Positions 11,287-25,933 of a DNA stretch of 64,000 nucleotides are shown piece by piece. Under the pieces are notes generated by a model, which was given only the letters and a program-made list of their open reading frames with translations, did not search any database and was not told the origin of the DNA. The stretch comes from Zygnema circumcarinatum SAG 698-1b. Its lineage: Eukaryota; Plantae; Zygnematophyceae. Every line of letters begins with the position of its first letter. Position 1 is the first letter of the stretch. The stretch lies in contig CM074806.1 of assembly GCA_037447605.1 (NCBI GenBank), positions 682,001 to 746,000 of the forward strand, in the 5' to 3' direction. Position numbers and translations under genes: made by a program.

Positions 11287-14200
11287 ATGCCGTCCTTCCT
11301 GCGGCGCATGAAGAGCGTCCCCAGCGCGAAAGCTGGCGGGGGCGGCGTGGCGGGCAGCCAGCTGGCCCCCCTCGCGGCGCGCGTGCTCCCAATGGCGGGC
11401 CATGGCGGGCGGCAGCGCGCGGCGGGGCGGTTCGACGGGTGGGAGGAGGGCGGGGGCGGGCGCGTGGGCCTGCGCGCGTTCGAGCTTGGGGCCGTCATGA
11501 GGCGGAGCCTGCAGATGTGGGACGCGCTGCAGGACGGGGAACTGCAGAGGCTCAGGGCCAGTCTGAGGGTGGGTTTGGGGTGCAGGATGGGGGGGGTGGA
11601 GGGGGGAAAGGGGGGGGGGAGGTGAGGTTGGGGGGGGGAGGGGGAGGGGAAGGAGGAAAGGTGGTAGGAGGGGGGAAGGACGTGGTGGGGAGGGGAGTGG
11701 GTTTGATAGGGGCTGGAAGGTTGGAGAGGGAGGAGAGGAGGAGGAGCGAGGAAAGAGAAAAGCGGAGGGAGAGAGAGAGTAGGGGGCAGTTCTTGAAGGG
11801 GTGGAGATGGATATGATTTTTGAGTGAGAGGGGTGGTGGTGGTAGAGAAACGAAATATGTTTAAGGTTTAAGGGGAATGTTTGACGTGTAGATACTGTTG
11901 ACTTGCAGTTTATGTGCTGCTCTAGCTCACCTTTTTGGACCCGCATGACTTCTGTTATTTTCTCCGCTTACTTGTGCAGCTCTCGGGAGTCCTCACACTC
12001 ATATCGCGTGACCAAAGCAGGCTGTGGGCGCTGGCAGGTGGGTGACCCACTTTAACGGAAAATTTGCAACGGATCAGAATTTATGTGCACAACTGAACAG
12101 ATAATTTCTTACAAGTGGGAAGATAATTCCACTGCTTTAGTCAGAACAGGACGAATGAGATTATCTCATTAATGCAGAATGAGCCACGACCTGACTGAAA
12201 AATTAAAACCACAAAATGAAATAATGAACAAACCAAAGTCATTTTTTTTTGGGGTCCGATTCCTTCCTTCAAAATTTCAGATTTTCCACCAAGCCCAGTC
12301 ACCTCCCCCCCGAAACCCTAAAATCTAGACTCTAAATCTGCCACGTGTCAGGCACGGAGAAGCAGGAGGAGCTGGATGTGCTGGCCGCACGTGTGGCTGT
12401 CCTCGCCACGAAGTGTACGGACCACCGCCTCCCCTCGATAATGTCACAAGTCGGGCGAAGCGCGGCCGCCGACGCGGAGATCGGAGCGCTCGATGTGACG
12501 CAGAAGGAGGCGGAACTTCTCATCAGGTCTTTTGGAATTTCTTTCTTTTCATCTTGCAGTTTGGGGGGAGGTAGGGAAGGAAGAGTGAGGGGAGGGAGAG
12601 GGAGAGAGAGAGAGAGCGAGAGAGGGGGAGGGTGGGGGGAGGGAGAGAGAGAGAGAAGGGGGGGAGGGTGGGGGGAGGGAGGGAGGGAAGGGAGAGAGGG
12701 GAGAGAGAGGGAGAGAGAGAGGGAGAGAAGGTGGGGCGGAAGGAGGAGGGGGGGTTCTCGTTTTGATAAAGGCGGAATTTTAACTTGATGATGCTGATAT
12801 TTTTTTTTCGGAATGTGATTAGTTACGCCCTGATGGGACATTGTATGATGCAGATTCATGAAGGAGCAGGCGGACATAATTAATAATTTGAAGTGGGAGA
12901 TGGAGGCCCTGCAGCTCTTGTACGGCCGGTACGTTATCGGTGGAGAACTAGGAGGATGGGTTTCTTTAGAATGCAATAGTGAATGGGTTCTATCTAAACG
13001 TAATTTCTGTCACTTTTTGGCGGGATGCAGGGTTCGATTGCACGGTGAAATGAACAGAATGCCAGATATTTTGGCGCAGGTAACCTTGCCACTCTTGATT
13101 GTCCTTGGAAAATTCCTTCAATTGGAAGAAAAATGGTCAGATTTTCTTTACTTTTAAGGTGAAAGTGGTGGTATCTGGAAACGGGTAAGCCCCTTCGCCA
13201 GCTGGCTACTGCCATGTTTCCAGCACATGCTATTTAAACTCATTTATTATTTTTTGTTCATTTCCCCCCTCGCCTCCTTTGTTACCAGAAGGACCTCATT
13301 ATAAAGATGCAAGCAAACTGCGTCTGGACACAAGACCTCGATTTCGTTGTTCGGGTAAGAAATCGTCCATTTTCAGAAAAAAAAAAAAAAACTGACTTTT
13401 TTTTGCAGAATTCTTCGTTTTCAGTCTCTCCTCCAGTTTCGAATTCTTCTTCTCATTTCCCCCACCGCTGAAATTTTTCAAATCTTGGGTCCTTTGGGAT
13501 TAGTTGATGGTGCTGGTGATCGCCCTCCTTCGGAAGCGTGTAGTCGCAGTATTCGGAGCCGCCCAGTCCCCCTCCTCCCTCCTCGCCGGCTCTCTCGGCG
13601 AATCCGGACTCGCCCTGCACTACGCCCACATCGTAATGTTCATCGAAAGCATCTTCAAAGACCCTTCTCTCGTGCTCAGTCCTGCAAGGTAGCAACCACA
13701 ATCTCACTACCCAATCCAATCGAATCCCCCCACCAGACAAAGTTCTTCACTTCGTTAAAGTGAAACTAAAACTAAAACCAAAACTAAAACTGAAACTAAG
13801 ACTAAAATTTAAACTAAAATGAATACTAAAACTCAAAACTAAAAGTAAAAGGAAGGCCAACTGAGTGACGATGCGGTTTTTCAAGTGATCGTGGGAGCAG
13901 GGACGAGCTGTACCAAATGCTCCCCCGCGAGATCAAGGGCGCGGTGCGCAGCCGGCTGCGAGATCGACGGTCGAGATTGGACGGCCACGCGGAGGAGCGG
14001 CTGAAGCGCAGCATGGCCCTCCTGCCCGCCCTCGCACGTGCGACCGTGAGCTGGCAGAGCGCGCACACGCCCGGGTCCAACTACGTCCCTAAAAACACCG
14101 TCTACCGCGTGCAGGTGGTGGGACCCACCTTTGGAGTTTGTACACCCAGAGGGAGGGAGGGAGGAAAGAGAGGGAGGGGGAGAGAGGGAGGGAGGGAGAG

Positions 14201-15657
14201 GGAGGGAGAGGAGGGAGGGGACCAGTTCTTAACCATGCTCCTTTTCCTGGTATTTATTTTTTATTTTTTCACTGCAGACGTTCGAGTATGCTGAAAAGAC
14301 GGCGGTAAACATGGCGCTGGTGGATGTGCTGGTGGGGCTCTGCCACGTGTGCGCTGCCGAGGAGGATGACGTCACTTGGCGCCCTTCTCGAGCAGGAGGA
14401 GGAGGAGGGAGGCGCGGGGAGGCGGAGGAGGAGGAGGACTGGTACGTCATTCAGGGAGGGCAGCCGCCAATCATGTATGGAGGGAATGGGGCAACAGTCA
14501 TGGCCTCTGAATGGGAGGAGAGAGGGAGGGAGGCAGCCGGAGAATCGCTGTATTTGAGTGAGTATGGGCAGCGCGTTTACGACGGGTACAGTGAAGCGGA
14601 CTATCAGTATGAGAACCACTTTGTTGTGGGTGACTCAAATTCGCCAAACACAAGTAGAGGGAAGTTGGGGGGCGGAGGTCAGCAGCGGCAAAAAGGGGCA
14701 AATGGGTTTATGCAAATGGGCAATGGGAGAAGCTACATTGGCCCACGGAATCATCCGCAAATAGCAACAACTCAGCGGTCCAATGGGTACGACCAGGCGG
14801 CCCTGCGCAAGGTGGTAGGGCATGTTAGAGATGTGGACAGGTTCAGGAGAGCGGATTCCCTCTCAAGAAGCGCAGAATTTCCACAGCCTCAAACTCGACG
14901 CATGGAAGAGGCTCAACATTACCAGAGATCTGATGCCTTCCCACGGAACTACCAGCCGCAGTTCTACGGAAACGTTGACTTCCAGCGAACTGACTCCCTG
15001 AGACATGTGAACGGTTTAAGGGAATCTGCGGACCCAAGGTACAACATAGACTCCCAAGGACGGCGCGTAGAGAGTCGACCTCAGAGGGCAGCAGGAGGAT
15101 ACTCTGCAAATTTTAGTGCGGATTCGCAGCAGCAGCTGCGGCGGGCAGCGTCCTTTCAAGGTCCCGATTCAGGTCCTCTGAGAAGGATGGAGTCTTTAGG
15201 GCGGCTGGAAACGCATAGTGGATTCTTCCCCAGAATGGACTCTATGGGCCGCGGGTTGACCCTTCAAAGTGCGGACACTTTTGGGTACGGCGACGGCGAA
15301 GGGCTGCGAAGGTCGGATTCGCTGAGCCGTGAGAAGGGGACGAAGGCGAGTTCAAGGAGGTCGATCCACATTGAAGTGAACAAAGGCGCGGCGGTTACTG
15401 GCCCTGGGAAGGCGATCACTTTCAATGTGGACGGGCTCGTGGCAGGGCGGCAGAGCGTGCAGATGGGGGGGAGGGGGGGGAGGCAGGGGGGGGCTGCGGC
15501 CATGGGGGGGTCCTTCTATGGGGATGACGTCTTTCCGGAGCCCGAACTTCGGCGGTCTAAGACGGCGAGCAGCTCCGAGCTGGGCAGTGCGGGGCGGAGG
15601 AGGGGGCCCTTTGGGTGCATAGGGGGGGAGAGGGGGCTCGTTGACTCTTCACCCTGA
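11287..15657 (+). CDS. PSI (PSK SIMULATOR)-like DUF3475 + DUF668 protein with ~430-aa disordered C-terminal extension
   Basis: Approximate exons: 11287-11568, 11980-12037, 12352-12526, 12854-12928, 13031-13079, 13289-13354, 13505-13688, 13901-14114, 14278-15657. DUF3475-type motifs: VGLRAFELG..SGVLTLISRD..EKQEELDVLA.RV..LATKCTD. DUF668-type motifs: SLGESGLALHYAHIV, RDELYQMLP, RVQTFEYAEK..VDVLVGL. Confidence 0.85.
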
Positions 15658-16459
15658 AGGGGGGGGGGAAGGGGAGGGGATGGGGATGGGGATGGGGATG
15701 GGGAATGGTTAGCAATTAGCAGCCAATGTGAGTTCTGAATTGGGCTCGGCTCTAGGAAGGCAGTGCGAAGTTGGGGGGGGGGGGGCTCGCGGGCTGGCAC
15801 TTGGGAGGAAATGCCTCTATGGAGCAGAGTACGAGATGGGAGGGAGATAGAATTCTCGCTCTTTTTTTCTCAAAATTTGTTGGTGGTGGTAGGAGGAGCC
15901 ATGGGGGGCACCACTGATGGGCATCAATCAGTGAAGGCGGAGGAAGTAGTGCGAGCACACGCTGTCTATAGCAATTTGAAACTCGTCAGCTTCAGGCTGG
16001 CGGCCTGCCGGCCTGCTGTACAGGGCGGATGGGGGGTAGATGCATGGTAGGATGGGGGTCATGAGGGACATATGTATGTATGTATGTATGGGGTAGGGGA
16101 GCAATGTTGGCGAACTTCCAACGAAAAATGACACAAAATAATGTTACAACCATGAAGCGCACATTCGTTCACAGAAGTGTTTCACGCTGAGCTGCCTTTG
16201 CAAGTTTGGCTCGAACAATGTTTCATGGTTAGGCCCAGTGTTGTGCAACATGGGCCAACATGGGTCTCATTTTACTATACAAAGCGTTTCATGAGTCGAA
16301 AGTTGTGCCATCTGTAACAATAAGAAGCAGTACACTGCCAGATGGCAGAGACCCATTGGCTGGGGACATCTCCGATTGCATGAGCCACTGAGGAATGACC
16401 ACGGCTGCATACACACTGTTTCACGCGAGTGACAACAAAACTCGACCCTTCAGTTGGTA

Positions 16460-16905
16460 CGGCGACAAAGTTTTTTTGTTGTCTTGCGGAAGCCGCCTCC
16501 TGCCGACAACTGAGCCTTCGGCTGATACGACAAAGCCACGATCGCGATCTTCCCCGGCAGGGTCCGGATCTCCCTTCCCGGATTCCCGGCAGCTAAATAC
16601 GGATCTGGGCTCTGTTGTTATTAGAAAAAGACGACAAAATATGCGTCACAGACTTAATATATAGCATCGACAAACGACAAAACCAGGGCGTATCAGTTAT
16701 CTGGCCGGCAGGTGGCAAAATTTTTGAGATCAGAATTTTCCGCTGCCCGCCCGCCTGCTTGCGTGAATAATCTCTAGTGAGAAACGACAAAGTACGAAAA
16801 CGACAAATAATGGGCAGGGTTTAAAACGCAAGAAACGACAAGGCCTTGCCCGATGCGAATGATGGCGGTGGGAGCGGGCGGGCGGTCGTGCTCTCGGCGA
16901 CAAAT
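16460..16905 (+). promoter_or_regulatory. Cluster of nine same-orientation CGACAA motifs upstream of the LRRxxT gene
   Basis: CGACAA at ~16463, 16528, 16632, 16668, 16675, 16785, 16801, 16835, 16898. AAAACGACAAA at 16797-16807. TATA-like TATAAA at ~17016. Confidence 0.55.
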
Positions 16906-17181
16906 GGGAGCAGTACGAACGACGTACGCCCTGGAGCCGCCCCTCGCGCCACCTACCCGGGCGGCCAGTCAGCAGCCGCCACGCGGCCCGCGGGGGGGGG
17001 GCTGCCGACACGGAGTATAAAGGGCGCCTCGCGCCGCGTGCAACTTCCACTCTGGTCGGCTGCTCACTGAGGGAGGGGGAGAGGGAGTGGGAGGGAGAGG
17101 GAAGGAGAGGGAGAGATACGGTGAATTCAAAGGAAAGAGTGAAGGACGAGGGAAGACAGAGGCAGGCCGGTCCCGGGCGCC

Positions 17182-18501
17182 ATGGCGGGCGTGGAGCGGT
17201 GGGTCGAGCGCGCGGCCGCCACCGCCGGCGACGCGTACGACCTATACGGATCGTACGACGACGGCGGCCTCCGCGACCGCCATCGGACGGCGCTCGACCG
17301 CGGCACTGACATGTATGGACCGGGCCCGCCCGCTGCGCGGGGCGCGCCGTACCACGCGCGGGGCCCGCCGGAAAGGGAGAGGGAGCGGGAGAGGGAGAGG
17401 GAGAGGGAGGGAGCGTACGGCCGGCCGTACGACTATGGGCGGGAGGGGGCGTACGGACGGCAGGCGCTCTCCCGCGAGGACGAGTTTCGGCGGGCGGACT
17501 CCGTGCAGGGGAGCGACTATGGCGGGTACTATGGCGAGGAGGGCGGGCGCAGCAGGAGGGAGTACGAGGAGTACAGGCGGGCGGAGGCGAGGGAGCGAGA
17601 GAGAGAGAGGGGGAGAGACAGAGACAGAGACAGGGATTGGGACTATTCGTATGGAGAGATGGAGAAGGGAGGATACAGAGGGGGGAGCCATGGCCCTGGC
17701 CATGGCCCGGACGTGCTCCCGCTGAGGAGGATGAACACGTCGTACGGCGAGACGGGCGGCCTCCGGCGCATGGACACGGGCGGCAGTTCCGTTGACGCCG
17801 TTGGACTGCGGCGCATGGACACGGGCGGAAGCACGGAACGGGGCGCCGTCCGGCGCATGGACACCGGTCGGAGCAGCGCCAACGGAACTGGCCTGAGGCG
17901 GATGGACACAGTCGGCAGTGATGGAGGCGGGTTAAGGCGCATGGACACCGTTGAGAGCGACGGAGGCGCGCTCAGACGCACAGAAACGATGGGATCTACC
18001 GACAGCTTCAGGCGGGTCCACCCGCCGGATGACCTCGACGGGTTGATCCTGACCCGCGCGCTCACTTGTTCAACGAGCGATTTTGAGGCGCAGCGGCGAA
18101 TGCGGGCAGGATCCACTCCCGCGAAGAAGAAGGTCCACATCGAGGTCGCGCAGAGCGCCATGGGCGGCAAGTTCGTCAAGATCAACGTCGCCGCGCTGGC
18201 GGCGGGGGCACGTGGCGCCCGGAAAGTGCACGCCGTGGCGCCGGCTGCTGACGTGGCGCCTCTCCGACGAATGAACACGGGAGAATTTGCTGACATGGCT
18301 CCTCTTCGGCGAATGGCAACGGGCGAAAGTGCTGACGTAGCGTCCCTTCGGCGAATGAAAACGGTGGAAAGTGCTGACGTGGCGCCCTTGAGGAGGGTGA
18401 ACACGGGCAGCCGCCCCCAAGTGCTGCCGCCCGCGAGGGCGAAGGCGAGGGGGCGGGCGGGGTTCAGCTGCATGGGAGGGGGCGGGCCGCCGTCGCCCTG
18501 A
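17182..18501 (+). CDS. Intronless 439-aa disordered protein with ~12 [LVF]RRxx[ST] repeats; paralog of the PSI C-terminal tail
   Basis: Kozak gccATGg with TATA ~165 bp upstream. Y/R/E/G-rich N-half, LRRMDT array, KVHIEV..GKFVKINV motif, C-terminal GFSCMGG..SP. Confidence 0.8.
   Translation: MAGVERWVERAAATAGDAYDLYGSYDDGGLRDRHRTALDRGTDMYGPGPPAARGAPYHARGPPEREREREREREREGAYGRPYDYGREGAYGRQALSREDEFRRADSVQGSDYGGYYGEEGGRSRREYEEYRRAEARERERERGRDRDRDRDWDYSYGEMEKGGYRGGSHGPGHGPDVLPLRRMNTSYGETGGLRRMDTGGSSVDAVGLRRMDTGGSTERGAVRRMDTGRSSANGTGLRRMDTVGSDGGGLRRMDTVESDGGALRRTETMGSTDSFRRVHPPDDLDGLILTRALTCSTSDFEAQRRMRAGSTPAKKKVHIEVAQSAMGGKFVKINVAALAAGARGARKVHAVAPAADVAPLRRMNTGEFADMAPLRRMATGESADVASLRRMKTVESADVAPLRRVNTGSRPQVLPPARAKARGRAGFSCMGGGGPPSP
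18247..18407 (+). repeat. 42-bp coding tandem repeat, ~4 copies (ADVAPLRRMxTGES)
   Basis: Unit gctgacRtRgc...cgaatg...acgg...gaaagt repeated at 42-bp spacing. Confidence 0.9.
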
Positions 18502-18834
18502 ACCCTAGGGGGAACGAGGGCGAGAGTTGTTGGGGCATGTTTGCTTTTCATATGAAGGTGGTCCTATGTTGTTGTTGTTGGCCGCTAGTGCTAGAGTTCA
18601 TAAGAGCAAGGTTAGGGGTTGTTGAACGGAGGACATGGTTATGCCATGCCTTTGTATAAATATGGTTCTTATTCTTTCAATGTTTTGGTGGATAGGGCGG
18701 CGGAGAGGCATGCTCGACACAGGAATTCGTTCATTGTTTCGTTTTTTTCCGTTTTTTTTCCTTGCATAAAAAAATGAAGTTTGGGCAAGTGCAATGTAGA
18801 TATATGCATGAATGGTGATGAACCACAAATTAAC

Positions 18835-18865
<31 letters not shown>

Positions 18866-19075
18866 ACATGCTCGAACGTCCACATCAGTCCCAAACCTAG
18901 CGTAATCCGAACCTCCCCCAAACCAATGCAAAGGGGCCCCAAGCCGGCCCTTAGCCCTAACCCCCCCACCCCTCCTCCTTTCCCTCCTTCCCTTAAGTTC
19001 TAAACCTCCTCCCACCCTCCCTGCCTCCCTCCTTCCCAGGCTGCTGACGCCACGTGGCACTCCGCACGTGTGAGA

Positions 19076-22338
<3,263 letters not shown>

Positions 22339-23523
22339 GAGGCCTTCTCGCTGGAAAATGTTTTCAAATGTGGTCCCCCTTATATAAGCAACTAAAATTT
22401 TGTGTAATTTTAGGCCGCGGAGTGGGTTTCACGGAAGATTGATGCGAGGCCATGTTTTTGCATGGGAGGCTGAAAATTTGAATTTTTTTTGCAAAAGTCA
22501 TTTTTACGGAGGGGATTCGCGTCGATTTATTATGAGATTAGAAATTGTAATAATCTGGATGCCTTCACTCCGGAAATTAATTTCAATCATGGCCCCTGAA
22601 TTACTTTGTTTGTTCAAGCCGGTCGGTGTTCTATGTGCAACGCCAGACACTCTACCAAAAAAAAAAAAAAAAATTGAAACACGAGCATACGAGCCTTTGA
22701 AAATACTTCAATTTTAGTCCAAAAGAACAGTCTGTCGAAAGTCTGACGGTTCCGTGCATCCTGCGTGGAACTGTAACTGCGTGCTTCGACTGCGCACATG
22801 AAACGCCATCCCTCGCACCCGTCCGTATGAATGCGCTTTTCGCCCGCGCAGGTGCTCACACCAGCGCGCACTCTGCCGATAATTTGTCGTATTTGCCGAC
22901 ATTGTGGCGGCAGGTGCAACACGTGACATGCGCTCTTGGCCCCCCTCTCGGTGGCCCCCACAAACGTCAGAGCGATTTTTGGCGTATCAAGGGTATGCTA
23001 AATTCAGGTAGAATCTCTGTATGTCGTTTTCCGTAACGATAGAAATCATCTCAGTCAATACAACACGACAAAGAGCACCGCACTCTGCCTTCTTTAAGTG
23101 TCGAAATTTTCGTCAACGGTCGTACAGACCTCTAAGAGGCTGCCACGTGTAAGGAACCTGTTCGAGCAATCACTGCTCATTAAGAAGGCGGCGGCCGCCG
23201 GCGCGCAGACCACGTAGGCGGCGGCGGCAGAGGGAGGGAGGGAGAGCGGGGAGGAGACAGGGGATGGAGGGAGTGAGGGAGAGAGGAGAGAGAGGGAGGT
23301 AGCGAAGAGAGATAAATAGAGGGAGAGGAGAGGGATAGGAGCAAGAGGGATAGGGGGTAAGGAGGAGAGATTTAAATAGAGAGGGAGGGAGGAATAGGAG
23401 AGGGGGAGGGAGGAACAGGAGTGAGGGAGGGCGGGGGAGAGGGCGCGATAAATAGAGAGAGAGGAGAGGGAGCGGTGATAGAGGGAATACGAATTGGGGT
23501 TCAGGGTTGAATTCGAGGGGAAT

Positions 23524-25900
23524 ATGGGGGCCCAGAAGCGCATGGGCCGCCGCGCGGCAGCCATGGCGGCCATGGCGGCAGTGCTGCTCGCGCTGATGGG
23601 CGCAGATGGCGTGGACGGAAGGCGGGGGGGGCGGGCGGGGGAGGTCAGTGAGGGCGCGGGCAGGAACCACGAGGAGGCGCATTCCTATTATTATTTTTTC
23701 AATTTGTTTCGTTTTCCTATTTTTCCCTTTGCGCTGTTCGCTGACTGCGCGTGCTTGGGCGCGTGCAGGCTCTCGGGGGCGGGTCGCTGCCCTCCTCGTG
23801 GTTTCGCGGCCTCGTGAGAGTCTCGCGCCGCCGTACGGAAGCGGTGAGTGAGTCTGCGCTGTTGTTGTTGTTGTTGTTTGTTTTTTTTTGGTTGGCATGG
23901 GTGGGCGGCCAATCACATGGACAAGGGGACTTGTGTATTTGAGCCATTGGCCAAATACAATACATGATGAATATGGTTATTCTTCTAACAAAAAAAAAGT
24001 GCCGGTCGGCTTGTGAGTGCATGCATGCAGAGCGGTGCAACTTCGCTTGAGTTTGACCTCGTCGGCAACATGATCCAGTAAGCTCACTCCGACCACCATT
24101 TGAAAGAAAGGAATGAACCGAAAGCATCCTGAAACGCCATCCATGGCTGCCGGATGCGCGAGACCCCACATTGAAGGTAGGTCTGCATGGGTGCGGGGGG
24201 CCGTAGGGGCTACTATCTGGCGGTGGAGGTGGGCACGCCCGCCATGGCTGTACGGCTTCAAGCGGACACGGGCAGCGACCTCCTCTGGGCGCCCTGCGAC
24301 TGCGACCAAGCTCGCACCTGCCCCCTCTCCGCCTCCCCCCCCCTCTTTGTGCGCCTCCTCCCCATACTCGCCCCTCCATTAGTGTACAAGAATGAGCTCG
24401 CGCATGTTCACCATGCATGAGCCCCACTTGATCTTGTTGGCCTCATTGACATTGTTCAAGTCTTTTCTCATGCTTGCTTGCATACATGCAGCCGAGCGTG
24501 CGGCCGCTGAACACGTCGGCCTCGTCGAGCTTCTCCGCCATCCCCTGCCAGAGCGTGCAGTGCCAGGGCCAGGCGGGCCTCAGGACGGGCTGCCGCCTCG
24601 GCTTCGACACCGCCGACACGGCCTGCGAGTACAACTACACCTACAGCGATGGGAGCACAACGCTCGGGAACCTCATCAAGGAGCGAGTGGGGGTTGTGCC
24701 GGCGGAAGGCAGCAAGGTGGAAGGGGAATTCTATGTTGGGTAGGCTTCTGCCACAACCCAAACGCCTTGCATTATTGAGTATGCCCCATACACTGTGCAA
24801 CAACGAAAAACTTGTAGGAATTACTCCCACAACTGTCCAAACCCTAATCCCGAACGAGAAAGAAAGCATAGACCCTGCCGCTCAACATTGACCAAATTGG
24901 TCGTTGCAGGTGTGGGCGTATTCAGAGCAGCGGCTCCTCGGCCCGCTCCATATTGCAGGGCGTGGCGGGACTGGGCCGCGGCGCGCTCTCCCTCCCCTCG
25001 CAGTTAGCCGCACAGCGCCTCCTCCCCGCGGACAGCGTCGCCTTCTGCCTCGAGGGGGCCCCCGCGGCCGCGGGCGGGAGCCGCCTCCTGCTGGGGGCCG
25101 CCTCCCTGCCGGTGGGCGCCGCCCAGAATACGGCGCTGCGAGGGGAGGCAAAATAGTAAGGCTGCTTGCTTGCCGCCTCACTCGGCATTGTTAAGGACAG
25201 GAAAGGCGCAAGCTTGGCTTTAAGGTGTAGAGACATCGCCAAGGCTGGGGATGGGAACAAAGCCAACAAGACCTTGACTTGGTTAGGACATGTACGGAGA
25301 GGTGTGAGCTATATGTGGGAGATTTGAGTGCTGACAAGGAGGGCGGTCGCTTGGGGGGCAGTACCAAGTACTACATGCAAGTTTTGGATGTCTATGTGGG
25401 CAACGACACGCTGCACAGCCCAATCAACGCGTTTTATGTCGATCCGTACAACAAGAGGGGCGCCGTGCTGGACACGGGAACAATGTTCTCGCAACTGGCA
25501 ACGGAACTGTATGACTCATGGAAACAACTTGTACGTTGTAAACAATTCCACGCTTCTTTCGTTTGTGCTTAGGTCCTTTGCGACCAGTCAGTTCCTCGTA
25601 GTTTCCCATGCTGCTTTTGTCCATGAACATTTGATGGCCTCGCCATCGTGAGATCAAAGCCACTTCCCTTTTCACTTGTACGTATGCGGTCGTCGTAGAA
25701 CATGAACTTGCAATTGAGCGCATGCATTAATTTGCATCGAGGATTTGTGTGATGGAGGGAAGGAACCCATCAAGCACCTGAATGAATTGGCATTGAACTC
25801 TCGAATGTACATGCCTTTTTTGTGGTCTAAGCATTGCAACTAGGTACAGGCATGGTGCTCACTTATGGCGAAAACACGCAAAGGAAAAAAAAGACGAAAG

Positions 25901-25933
<33 letters not shown>

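Noticed and set aside
17720-17995. RR-delimited repeats as a multi-copy secreted peptide precursor
   Set aside because: There is no signal peptide, and conservation centres on L-R-R-x-x-T rather than on the intervening peptide, so a kinase-site reading fits better.
18247-18407. CRISPR-like regular repeats
   Set aside because: In-frame coding tandem repeat without unique spacers; eukaryotic context with no cas genes.
17643-18551. 302-aa antisense ORF over the LRRxxT gene
   Set aside because: GC-rich repeat shadow. The sense frame has Kozak and TATA context and paralogous motifs.
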